From NCBI GenBank assembly GCA_963695875.1, contig CAVOID010000004.1, positions 96,001 through 160,000 on the forward strand: a stretch of DNA of 64,000 nt, written 5' to 3'. This document shows positions 53,415 through 64,000 of this stretch, one piece after another. A program made the position numbers and the translations under genes. Origin of the DNA: an uncultured delta proteobacterium (GTDB taxonomy: Bacteria; Desulfobacterota; Syntrophia; Syntrophales; UBA2185). The number at the start of each line of letters is the position of its first letter. The stretch's first letter is position 1. The notes beneath the pieces were generated by a model, which did not search any database, was not told the DNA's origin, and saw nothing but the letters and a program-made list of their open reading frames with translations.

Positions 53415-53866
53415 TCATGGTCTATCCCGCAAGACACGGTCTCCTTCCATCTTCAGGCCGGGATCCACTGCCACCAGGTCGCGAAGAAATTCCTTGTCAC
53501 CGGCGAAATCATCAACCCGAAGGATTCGGACGATAACGAATGTGAAGCCGGTCCAACGAACAAGCAGGACTCGAAAGTGGGTTGCGTGTGGGGGTAATCT
53601 CACTGATCGCCTCCAGGTCAATCACCCAGCGAAACGGTCCCGACTGGACAGTGAGGGCCTTGTCTGTGAGCGTGTAACGTGTTCCATATAGCACCCAAAG
53701 CACAAATGCGGCAACAAGTGTCAATAGAAGGGATATCAGCAATCGAAATGTGAATGGCAAAGGCGTTACCCAAAGATTCCCCGCACCGATGAGCATGACT
53801 GTCACTGCCGCCCACAGCAGCGACAACAATCCAGCCATCCCTCTTCGATTCATATACGCGCTTCAT
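53415..53866 (-). CDS. Bacterial PH-domain membrane protein (frameshifted)
   Basis: YESKRDGW, two TM segments, TRYTLTD, NPLSSPACSLDRL, MISP. Confidence 0.7.
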
Positions 53867-54121
53867 TTCTTTCCTCCATGTAACAATCCCGCTCGATCCT
53901 CTGCTTCAAGCCTTATCTGCAGTATCTAATGATTTTAACTATATTTCTTGCAAGATAATAGGTCAATAAGTAATATCATCGCGCAGCACATAAAAGTAGT
54001 TTTTGATTATCCGAGTTGTATCTTCGGAAATGGTGGCACCGACTAATTTCAGCTTGACACGATCAGGGAATTCATATAGAAAACCTCCCTACATCGACAG
54101 ACCAGTAAAGGAGGATCGTTT

Positions 54122-54391
54122 TTGGCAACACATAAATCCGCGGAAAAAAGGAGCAGACAGAACGAGAAAAGACGCGTGAGAAATATCTCGGTAAAGTCAA
54201 GCGTCAGAACCGTAATAAAATCCGTAGTGGCGGCCGTTGAGGAAAAGGATAAGGCGGGCTCAGTATCTGCTCTTACTGCTGCCATTCCTGCTATCAAAAA
54301 GGCAGCTTCCAAAGGCGTATTTCATAAAAAGACAACTTCGCGAAAGATATCGAGATTAACCAAGAAGGTAAATGCCCTTAATAAGGGGTAA
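54122..54391 (+). CDS. rpsT: 30S ribosomal protein S20
   Basis: MATHKSAEKRSRQNEKRRVRN...KGVFHKKTTSRKISRL; TTG start after GGAGG. Confidence 0.95.
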   Translation: MATHKSAEKRSRQNEKRRVRNISVKSSVRTVIKSVVAAVEEKDKAGSVSALTAAIPAIKKAASKGVFHKKTTSRKISRLTKKVNALNKG

Positions 54392-54422
54392 CATTTCCCT
54401 TACTCGCCGGCATAGTTATCTC

Positions 54423-54977
54423 TTAAAATCCTGACATCATTAATCTATATGCCCTCTCAGCTGTATCGTTGGACAGTTTGACGAGGGCATTTTTGCGGTT
54501 TGTTTCTTTAGTGCTCACATCTGTGAATGCGTAGTCCTGATATCCTGAGAAATTTTTGTTGGTCCAGATAACTTTTTGGGTACCCTGATCTTCAAAAGTG
54601 AGTTCCATAGTTATGGTCACACGTTCTTCTGCGGCAATAACACTTTTTTGGTAAGAAAGGGGAGAAGTTGTGAGGCTGTTTATACTGGCCTTGAATACGG
54701 AGTCCGCCTTTTCCCGCGTGTCAACCAGCGTGAACCTTCCTCCGATGTCGAATTGATCGATAAAGGCAGTCCTGAAGGTGTTTTCGATATTGGCCTCACT
54801 GGTCCTGTTGGAAAAATTGTCTATGAAGACCGTCCGGATGTTTTTATCGATATATTCACCGCCGGGGCTGAAGCGGTAGCCGCAACCTGAGATGAGAAGG
54901 ACAGAAGGAAAAGGCGATATCGATCGAGTGTCTTATGCCCCCGCATCAAAGAGGGAATTTTTTGCAGTCTTGTGCAT
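54423..54977 (-). CDS. lptE: LptE-family lipoprotein (frameshifted; start uncertain)
   Basis: LLISGCGYRF lipobox, TVFIDNFSNRT; position directly downstream of leuS. Confidence 0.65.
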
Positions 54978-55020
54978 GAAATCCCTCAATCCCCTTTAAA
55001 AAGGAGGTTAATGCGGTTTC

Positions 55021-57605
55021 TTACTGAACCACGATATTGACAAGTTTTTTGGGAACATATATCTCTCTCGATACTTTTTTTCCGGAGATGAAATTGGCAA
55101 TCTTCTCATCGCTTAGGGCAAGGGCCTTGATCTTTTCGCCATCCTCATCCGCGGCGACGACCATCCTGCTCCTCACCTTTCCATTGATCTGAATGACTAT
55201 GGTAATTTCTTCTTCTGCGGCTACGTCATGATCATACTCCGGCCAGGGGACATCGGCTAAATTGCTTTCACATCCTAATTCCGTCCACAGCTCTTCGGTT
55301 ATGTGCGGAACAATGGGTGCCAGCAATATAACGATCGTTTCGATGGTTTCCCTGATGACGGAAAGGGCTTTAGCATCTTCCTTCGGCGGCCGCTCGATCA
55401 GGTAAAGGGCATTGACCAGTTCCATGACAGCGCTTATGGCCGTATTGAAGTGGAACCTATCCTCAATATCACGGGTCACTTTCCTTATCGTCTGGTGGGT
55501 TTTTCGCCTCAGGTTTTTTAATTCCCCTTCGAGTTCTTCACTTCCGTCGAAAGGCTTAACACCCGCGATGTCATCGAGGTAATCTATTACAATTCGCCAG
55601 GCCCTGTTCAGGAAACGGAACGACCCCTCTACTCCCTGATCAGACCATTCCAGATCCTTCTCCGGGGGTGCGGCAAAAAGACAGAACATCCTGACCGTGT
55701 CGGCGCCGTATTTTTTGATCAGATAATCGGGATCGACGACATTTTTCAGAGATTTGGACATCTTTTCCGATTTACCGATCGTTACCTCTCTCTCGCAGTG
55801 AGTGCATTTTCCGTCCTTCACCTCGTCGGGAAAGAGATAGCCGTGCTCTTTGCAACGCATCGTCTCTTTGCAGACCATGCCCTGGGTCAGGAGATTGGTA
55901 AATGGTTCATCAAAATCCAGGACACCGAAATCTCTCAGCATCTTTGTGAAGAAGCGTGAGTAGAGGAGATGGAGGATCGCGTGTTCAATGCCGCCGATGT
56001 ACTGATCCACCGGCATCCAGTAGTGGACCTTTTGTTTGTCAAGACCGGGTTTTTCTGCGCAGTGGGGCGAGCAGAAGCGGTCAAAGTACCAGGAAGATTC
56101 CACAAACGTATCCATGGTGTCCGTTTCCCGTTTTGCCGCGCTGCCGCATTGCGGACAGGTAGTTTCCACGAATGCCTCGTACTTTGCCAGGGGAGATCCC
56201 CCTTCTCCCGTTAGTTCCACTTCGCGGGGCAGGATGACGGGAAGGTCCTTTTCCGGTACCGGCACGGTGCCGCACTTATCGCAGTAGATGATGGGAATCG
56301 GCGCCCCCCAGTAGCGCTGCCGGGAAATGCCCCAGTCTCGCAAACGGTACTGGATGGCTTTCTTGCCCCGGCCTGATGGATTCCAGATATTCGGCGATGG
56401 CATCAAGGGCCTTCAAATTTTCCATACCGTTGAATTGTCCCGAATTAACGAGGATGCCTTCGTCCACGTAGGCTTCCGTCATGGTGTGGATGTTGAGAGG
56501 TTTGTTCGTGCGGTTGAATGACCACAATGAGGGGGAGACTGTATTTTTTCGCGAATTCAAAGTCCCGCTGATCGTGGGTGGGTACGGCCATGACGCATCC
56601 GGTTCCATATTCGGCAACGACAAAGTTTGCGGCAAAGATGGGCATCTTCTTCTTTGTCAGCGGATTGAGGCAGTAGGCATCCAGGAAGATACCTTCCTTT
56701 TCGTAATACTCCGATGTCCGCATCAGCTTGTCCTGCTTTTTTACCTTTTCCACAAATTCCCTGACTTCATTTTCGATCGGTTTTCCCTTGACCAGGTCCA
56801 TAACAAGGGGAAGTTCGGCGGCAACCAGCATAAACGTGGCCCCATATACCGTATCCTGCCTTGTCGTAAAGACTTTGATCGTGCCATTGCCGTCTGCCAT
56901 GGGGAAAAGGATCTCGCATCCGAAGCTTTTGCCGATCCAGTTTTTCTGCATGGTGATGACCCGTTCGGGCCATCCGGGGAGTTTGTCGCAGTAATCGAGG
57001 AGTTCTTCAACATAGTCGGTGATGCGGAAAAACCACTGATCGAGATATTTTTCCTCGACCTCCGTGGAGCATCTCCAGCACTGACCTGCTTCCACCTGCT
57101 CGTTTGCCAGTACGGTTTGACAGGTCAGGCACCAGTTTACGATGGAGCTTTTTTTATAGGCGAGCCCTTTTTCATACATCCAGAGAAAAAACAGCTGCTC
57201 CCAGCGGTAATATTCCGGCTCGCAGGTGGAAAGTTCCCTGTCCCAGTCATAGCTGAAGCCCATCTCCTTGAGCTGTTTTTTCATGTAGGCGATGTTTTCA
57301 TTCGTCCACGTTGCCGGATGAATGCCATGGTCGATGGCCGCGTTTTCCGCGGGCATGCCGAAAGAATCCCAGCCCATGGGATGGAGAACGTTGTATCCGT
57401 TCATCCGCTTGTAGCGTGCCACTACATCACCGATGGTGTAGTTTCGCACATGGCCGATATGAATTCTACCGGAGGGATAGGGAAACATCTCCAGGAGGTA
57501 GTACTTTTTTTTATCAGGATCTTCCGTGACCTTGAAAATACCCTTATCTTCCCAGATTGCCTGCCATTTCTTTTCCAGTTCCTGCGGCTTATACTTTTTC
57601 TCCAT
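55021..57605 (-). CDS. leuS: Leucyl-tRNA synthetase (frameshifted near 56370-56500)
   Basis: [50 protein letters not shown]. Confidence 0.96.
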
Positions 57606-57646
57606 AACTCATCCAGCCTCCAACAGTAAGACTCAGAACAATATCC

Positions 57647-58102
57647 TCATGATTCGGAACTTCCGGAGATTTTGTTGACATTTTGATTCGCTTCTTCTTT
57701 ATATAATTTCAGGTATACTGCATCGAGAATTCCGTTTATAAAAGAACCGGAATTTTCAGAGCCATACATTTTGCCCAGATCAATAGCTTCGTTCAGTGTG
57801 ACTTTGGGGGGTATATCCGGACAGTATAAAAGCTCGTAGACGGCCATACGAAGGATATTTCTGTCAACTCTCGACATGCGTGCAAGCGACCAGTTTTCGG
57901 AGCAACTGCTTATGTGACTATCTATCTGCTCTCTGTTGTCCCAGGTACCTTCGATCAAAAGGGTAGAGAATTTTCTGGACTCTTCCGGAGCTTCAAAGTT
58001 ATTCCAGAAAAGCGCGACAGCCTCTTTGGAATCGATATTTAAAACATCCAGCTCGTAAAGAACCTGTAAGGCAATTTCTCTTGCCTTTCTTCGTTGATGC
58101 AT
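57647..58102 (-). CDS. nusB: Transcription antitermination factor NusB
   Basis: RRKAREIALQVLY, DRNILR, NEAIDLGK, FINGILD. Confidence 0.95.
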   Translation of the reverse strand: MHQRRKAREIALQVLYELDVLNIDSKEAVALFWNNFEAPEESRKFSTLLIEGTWDNREQIDSHISSCSENWSLARMSRVDRNILRMAVYELLYCPDIPPKVTLNEAIDLGKMYGSENSGSFINGILDAVYLKLYKEEANQNVNKISGSSES

Positions 58103-58336
58103 TAATTCCTCTGGTTATACTACATCAGACACTATTTATGACGGATCTGCCAATCTAGATTACAAAACGAGATACTTAAATAAATGCAAAATGAATATTT
58201 CAAAATCAGCTAATATCGATAAAAAACGAAGGATTTACGACCAATATTATAATCAAAATAGTAGGTGACAGGGCAAGGTTCATTTGCCGGTCAATAATGC
58301 GACTCATCAATATGCTCAGCTAAGAATTTATCAAGG

Positions 58337-58801
58337 CTATAATTTCCTGAAGAGGTCTACCATTTCAATGGCTGACATGGCGGCATCCCATCCCTTGTTT
58401 CCCGCTTTGGCTCCCGCCCTTTCGATGGCCTGTTCAATGGTATCCGTGGTCAGTACACCGAAGGCTACAGGGATCTCCGTTTCCAGACCGACGCTCGCTA
58501 TCCCCTTGGTGACCTCGGCGCTGATGTATTCAAAATGGGGTGTGGCCCCCCTGATTACTGCACCGAGACAGATCACCGCATCGAACTTCGCCGTCTTTGC
58601 CAGCTTCTTGGCCGTTGCGGGCAGTTCAAATGCACCGGGAACCTTATAGATCTGGATGTCTTTTTCATCCGCCCCTGCCCTTGTCAAGGCGTCGATGGCG
58701 CCATCAATCAGCCTTCCGCAGATGAAATCGTTGAAGCGACTGGCGACAATGCCAAACTTCATCCCCTTGGCTACAAGCTTTCCTTCTATGATCCTTGGCA
58801 T
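58337..58801 (-). CDS. ribH: 6,7-dimethyl-8-ribityllumazine synthase
   Basis: [37 protein letters not shown]. Confidence 0.95.
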   Translation of the reverse strand: MPRIIEGKLVAKGMKFGIVASRFNDFICGRLIDGAIDALTRAGADEKDIQIYKVPGAFELPATAKKLAKTAKFDAVICLGAVIRGATPHFEYISAEVTKGIASVGLETEIPVAFGVLTTDTIEQAIERAGAKAGNKGWDAAMSAIEMVDLFRKL

Positions 58802-58834
58802 ATTCCTCTCTCCATAGTGAAACTTGAAAACAAT

Positions 58835-60038
58835 CTATACTTCCAACAAATGACCCATTTTTTTCTTTTTTGTTTTCAGATACTTGATGTTGCTGTCAGT
58901 TGGTTTTATTTCGATGGGAACGCGTTCGGTAATAGTTATACCGTACCCCTCAAGACCTACAATTTTCTTGGGATTATTGGTCATGAGTCTCATCTTTCTG
59001 ACACCCAGATCGGCAAGGATCTGGGCGCCGATGCCATAGTCTCGCAAGTCTGCCTTGAACCCGAGCGAGATATTGGCCTCAACGGTATCTTTCCCGCGCT
59101 CCTGCAGTTCGTAGGCCCTGATTTTATTTACAAGGCCGATACCTCTGCCTTCCTGATGCATATAAACGATTACACCTTTTCCCGCCTCATCCACCATCTT
59201 CATGGCTGCATGGAGTTGATAGCCGCAGTCGCACCGCTCCGATCCGAATACATCACCTGTCAGGCATTCCGAATGAACCCTCACCAGGACTTCGTCATCC
59301 GGCTCAATATCTCCCTTGACCAGGGCGACATGTTTCATGTCATCGACATCGTTTTCATAAACGATGAGTTTGAATTTGCCCCCGTAGTGGGTCGGGATCG
59401 TTGCAGTCGCTGCCCTCCTGATCAGGGATTCATGCTGCATTCTGAACTGGATGAGATCGGCGATGGTCACTATCTTCAGACCATGTTCCTTTGCGAAGAT
59501 CTCCAGATCCGGCATGCGGGCCATGGTGCCGTCATCCTTCATGACCTCACAGATTACACCGGCCGGTTTCAACCCGGCCAATCGTGCAAGATCCACGGAA
59601 CCTTCCGTCTGTCCGGTTCTAACCAGTACACCGCCCTTTCTGGCACGTATGGGGAAAACGTGTCCCGGGCTGACGATGTCATCAGGCGTGGCGTCATCGG
59701 CAACGGCTGTTCGTATAGTTGTTGCCCTATCGGCAGCAGAAATACCTGTGGTGACCCCGCGCTTGGCTTCTATAGATACGGTAAATGCGGTTCCGAAACG
59801 GGAGCGGTTATCCGATACCATGGGGCACAAGATTCAGCTTATCAGCAAGTTCTTCACTCAGAGACAGACAAACGAGTCCCCTGCCGTATTTCGCCATGAA
59901 GTTAATGGCCTCCGGCGTGACAAATTCCGCCGCCATGCAGAGATCACCTTCGTTTTCTCTGTCTTCATCATCCACCAAAATAATCATTTTGCCACTTTTG
60001 ATATCAACAATGGCTTCTTTTATTGTACTTACACCCAT
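58835..60038 (-). CDS. ribBA: Bifunctional DHBP synthase / GTP cyclohydrolase II (frameshift near 59830)
   Basis: [50 protein letters not shown]. Confidence 0.95.
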
Positions 60039-60106
60039 ATTACACCTATATTAATTAAGCTCTAAATCCATCTGACCCCGTTTATGAAATAGGGATGTGG
60101 GAATTT

Positions 60107-60743
60107 TTATTTCAAAAATCCATGTTCCGCAAGAAAATTCATATCAATTCCTTTATCCGGATTGAGAAATTTCTCCACATATTTCCCGATAATATCCGTT
60201 TCAATATTGACCGGATCAGCCACTTTTTTAAATCCTAATGTTGTGTTCTGGGCTGTGTGGGGGATTATGTTAACATAAAATCTATTTTTTTCACAGCGAT
60301 TTACAGTTAGACTTATCCCGTCAACAGCGACTGATCCCTTTTCTACGATATATCGGCTTAATTCCGTATCGATTTCCACACCGAAACTGGATGGAATTGG
60401 CCTTATTGACTTTTTCCTGAATCTTTCCCAGTCCATCAACATGGCCGAGAACAAGATGCCCGCCCAGAAAACTGTTCATCCGCAAGGATTTTTCCAGGTT
60501 TACCTTATCTCCGGACTTCAGTAATTTGAGATTTGTCCTGGCCAGTGTTTCTGCCGATACGTCCGCAGAAAATTCCTTGTCTGTTTTATGGGTTACCGTA
60601 AGACAGGCACCGTTAATGGCAATGCTGTCGCCAACGGTGACATCATCTAAATTCATGGAGGTCTCGATTACAAGGAGGGCATCTTCTCCCTTCCTCGTTA
60701 ACCGTTTAACGGCTCCCATGCTTTCTATAATTCCTGTGAACAT
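60107..60743 (-). CDS. ribE: Riboflavin synthase alpha chain (one frameshift)
   Basis: [50 protein letters not shown]. Confidence 0.95.
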
Positions 60744-60770
60744 GACCGGTCGATTTACCTGTCTGGGTGG

Positions 60771-61242
60771 TTACTTGGCGTCGTCCTTTTTTACACTCAG
60801 AAGATCCTTGAGTTCTTCCAAAAAATCGCTTACGTCACGAAATTCTCTGTATACCGATGCGAACCTCACGTAGGCAACTCCGTCCAGGTTCTGGAGTTCC
60901 TTCATGACCTGTTCCCCGACGACAGACGCGGGGATTTCTTTGTCGGGATACTCCTGGCAGCGCTGTTCAATTCTGTCCACGATGCTTTCAATTACATCAG
61001 TGCTGATGGGACGCTTTTCACAGGCCTTCTTGATGCCGGAACGTATTTTTGTCCTGTCGAAAGGTTCCCTCCGGCCGTCCTTCTTGACTACCGTCGGGAG
61101 AACTTCTTCCACAAATTCATACGTTGTGAAACGTTTTCCGCAGGATACGCACTCCCGCCGTCCTCCTGATAGCATCGCCATCTTTGCTGATCCGGGAGTC
61201 AATTACCTTGTTCTCCGTATTTCCGCAAAAAGGACACTTCAT
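60771..61242 (-). CDS. nrdR: Transcriptional repressor NrdR (one frameshift)
   Basis: MKCPFC...[33 protein letters not shown]. Confidence 0.93.
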
Positions 61243-61729
61243 AACTTGGACACCTTTACACCGGCTTCCTTCAATATTTCTTCTGCTAATTTATCCTTGT
61301 AAATCGCCCTTATAACTACTGCGTTGATACCTGCGTTGATGATCATCTTGGCACATATGACACAGGGATGATTGGTACAGTAGAGGGTCGCATCGTTTAC
61401 ACTTACTCCGTGAAGTGCAGCCTGAATAATGGCATTTTGCTCCGCATGAAGCCCCCGACATAGTTCATGGCGTTCGCCGGAAGGAACACCTAATTGTTCG
61501 CGCAGACATCCCATATCCAGGCAATGATGCAGACCCGATGGAGCTCCGTTATAGCCTGTCGCCAATACCCTCCTGTCCTTTACTAAAACGGCACCAACGC
61601 TTCGTCTCAGACATGTGGAACGCCTCGAGACGAGGTCCGCAATATCCATGAAATATACATCCCATGTCGGTCGCTGGTTCTTCTTACCTCCAGCTTGGGG
61701 CTTTAATGTGCAGCCTTGGCTTTACCCAT
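61239..61729 (-). CDS. dCMP/cytidine deaminase family protein (ComEB-like; start approximate)
   Basis: [33 protein letters not shown]. Confidence 0.88.
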
Positions 61730-61817
61730 CAGCCTTTCAGTATCCTTATCACGGCAGAGGGGAATATTTTACAGAGGACACCGACCTCTTCTTTAACTTC
61801 CTCAGCCCGTTTTTTAT

Positions 61818-62265
61818 TTAAACCCGTTTTTCTATCGCCTCGATTTTATCGATACGTCTTTGATGGCGGTCTCCCTCAAATTCCGTACTCAACCACAAAC
61901 GCGTTATTGATTTTGCCTCGTCTTCCTCCGTCCGCCGACCGGCCAGAACAAGGATATTTGTGTCGTTGTGCAGCCTGCTCATACGGGCCGTCTCTTCATC
62001 GAGACATGCAACTGCCCTGATGTGCGGAAACTTGTTGGCGACAATAGCCATGCCGACACCGGAGCCGCATAACAGAATACCCCTGTCAAACTCTCCGGAA
62101 GAGACCCTTTCGGCCACCCTGTGCGCCAAAGTCCGGATAATCGACAGGGTCTCTGTTGTCAGTACCGACGTCAGTTATGTCATATCCCATGTTCGCAAGG
62201 TATTGTCTGATAGTTTCTTTTAGAGGAAATCCGGCGTGATCGCAACCTATAATTATCTTAGCCAT
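61818..62265 (-). CDS. rpiB: Ribose-5-phosphate isomerase B (frameshifted)
   Basis: IGCDHAG, CGSGVGM..ANK, HNDTN, FEGDRHQRR. Confidence 0.9.
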
Positions 62266-62269
62266 GTAA

Positions 62270-63540
62270 TTAACGTTCGTTGAATTTCTTAAATATCAGC
62301 ACGGCATTGACGCCGCCAAAACCAAATGTATTGGACATGGCCGTTTGAATTTCTTTTTTTCGTGCTTTATGGGGAACGTAATCGAGATCGCATTCAGGAT
62401 CAGGGTTATCCAGATTGATAGTCGGCGGGATGATGCCTTCGTAGAGAGACATTGCCGAAATGATAGCCTCCACGCCGCCTGAGGCTCCCAGGAGATGACC
62501 GGTCATGGATTTTGTAGAACTCACGGCGAGCTTAAATGCATGATCGCCGAAGACCTTTCTTAATGGCCTGAGTTTCATAAATGTCGTTGGGTGGTGTCGA
62601 GGTACCGTGGGCGTTGATGTAGTCGATATCGCCGGGGCTCATTTGGGCATCATCCAGGGCCGCTGCCATGCATCTCGCCGCTCCTTCATGACCCGGGGGA
62701 GGTGCTGCCATATGATAGGCATCACTGGTCGATCCGTAACCGACCACTTCCGCATATATCCTGGCGCCTCTGTCAAGGGCTGATGTTAGTTCTTCCAGGA
62801 TCACAATCCCACACCCCTCTCCGATAACAAAACCATCTCGATCACGTTCAAAGGGGCGACTCGCTTTCTTGGGCCGATCATTTTTCACGGACATGGCCCT
62901 CATTGCGTTGAATCCGGCTATACCGAGGGGTGTAATAGCCGCATCGACGCCTCCTGCGATCACTACATCGGCAGTAATTGCCGGATATGATCCTCATGGC
63001 ATCCCCGATGGCGTTGGTTCCTGAAGAGCAGGCGGTAACCGGACAATTTATGGGACCCTTCGCTCCGAACCTGATCGAGACATTGCCGGCGCCAAGATTT
63101 GCAAGAACGGCAGGAATGGCAAAGGGGGACATTTTTCCGGGGCCGCCACGGAGTATTGTTTCTTTTGCTCTTTCCATGGATGCGAGGCCTCCGATTGCTG
63201 ATCCTATGACTACACCAACCCGTTCAGCATTCTTCCTATTAATGACCAGTTCCGAATCCGCCAAGGCCATCTCGGCGGCTGCCAGGGCATAGATAATGAA
63301 GTTATCAAACTTGCGAAGCTCTTTTTTGCTTACAAAATTGAGGGCATCAAAATTCTTCAGTTCACCGGCAATCTTTGTTTTATATCCGGTAGTGTCGAAT
63401 TTTGTTATTTTTCCAATTCCTGATTTTCCCTTGCAGATTCCCTTCCATGTATCCTCGGCAGAATTGCCGAGGGGCGTAACCGCACCGATTCCGGTTATGA
63501 CGATTCTTCTTTTCAAAGGGGTCTGTTTTCCTCGCATCAT
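62270..63540 (-). CDS. fabF: 3-oxoacyl-ACP synthase II (frameshifted)
   Basis: [44 protein letters not shown]. Confidence 0.95.
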
Positions 63541-63547
63541 GTCAAGA

Positions 63548-63784
63548 TTATGTTACCCCTTTGCTCTTGAGAAAATTGATCACATCTTGTATTGTGCGGA
63601 TTTTTTCCAGCTCTTCATCGGAGATTTGCAATCCGAAATTTTCTTCCATTTCCATGATCAGTTCGACCAAGTCGAGGGAATCGGCTCCCAGATCATCTAT
63701 AAAGGATGCCTCCGGCACACATTCCTCTTTTGTAACATCCAGATGCTCCATTATAATTTCTACGACCCTTTCTTCGAGTTTCAT
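63548..63784 (-). CDS. acpP: Acyl carrier protein
   Basis: [12 protein letters not shown] phosphopantetheine motif; GAGGAGG RBS. Confidence 0.95.
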   Translation of the reverse strand: MKLEERVVEIIMEHLDVTKEECVPEASFIDDLGADSLDLVELIMEMEENFGLQISDEELEKIRTIQDVINFLKSKGVT

Positions 63785-63915
63785 TAACATTCCCTCCTCA
63801 AGTATATAAACTATTTATGATGACATACCCTGCATGAGAGCTTTGATTATACTCCCCCTGTATAACGGGGTGAGTTGTGAGATGGCAATAATCATTTGCA
63901 GTTGAGTTATAGTTC

Positions 63916-64000
63916 TTAAGAAATCTTTTCAACCGGGATCACCTGTCGTCCCTTATAGGTGCCGCAGTTCGGACAGACATGATGAGACAGCTTTGGTTCA
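63916..64000 (-). CDS. rpmF: 50S ribosomal protein L32, 3' part (runs off the window)
   Basis: Manual translation EPKLSHHVCPNCGTYKGRQVIPVEKIS*. Confidence 0.85.
   Translation of the reverse strand, partial: EPKLSHHVCPNCGTYKGRQVIPVEKIS

Noticed and set aside
58535..59899. Long antisense ORFs (58535-59899, 56481-57629, 6331-7239, 21764-22780, 32409-33383, 39343-40368, 48082-48882)
   Set aside because: Shadows of well-supported genes on the opposite strand, with no motifs of their own
1..64000. CRISPR array, tRNA or rRNA genes
   Set aside because: No regularly spaced repeat-spacer pattern or recognisable RNA-gene motifs seen by eye; tRNAscan/Infernal were not run

Overview
Bacterial chromosome segment. 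Gene content and order suggest an anaerobic Desulfobacterota (Syntrophales-like); this is inference. Many genes, including essential ones (leuS, carB, fabF, ribE, nrdR), are split by single-base indels, so most frameshifts are probably long-read consensus errors and not real pseudogenes. Contents from left to right: (1) 1-20 kb holds signalling and transport genes, carB, larC-larB-larE (nickel-pincer cofactor synthesis, no larA in window), an amidase, an ABC exporter, a UbiA prenyltransferase, and a NikR-boxed nikQO pair whose nikMN partner appears deleted. (2) 20-26 kb holds a ModE-type regulator divergent from a Tat-exported selenocysteine formate dehydrogenase operon (fdnGHI). (3) 27-40.6 kb is a visibly GC-richer island, bracketed by a 47-bp direct repeat. 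It encodes an acetoin-dehydrogenase-type complex (acoA, acoB, acoX, acoC), a divergent E3 with a broken NAD-binding motif, a lipoate ligase, a LipB-LipA fusion, an SDR, an FAD/Fe-S(CCG) oxidoreductase pair and a GcvH/LbpA-like lipoyl carrier. This is the best candidate for an undescribed system. (4) 41-45 kb holds a Sir2-HerA anti-phage pair and a RAYT/Y1 transposase inside perfect 21-bp inverted repeats. (5) 45-54 kb holds an IscS homologue lacking the PLP lysine plus IscU, fdhD, a SAM hydrolase, an aminotransferase and an ADP-forming acyl-CoA synthetase. (6) 54-64 kb holds housekeeping genes (rpsT, lptE, leuS, nusB, rib genes, nrdR, deaminase, rpiB, fabF, acpP, rpmF), with plsX-fabH-fabD-fabG, glyA and ribD missing from their usual positions. 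Several 3'-end gene remnants (oadB/gcdB, nikN, integrase, budC-like) and REP-like repeats are also visible. No rRNA, tRNA or CRISPR array was recognised.
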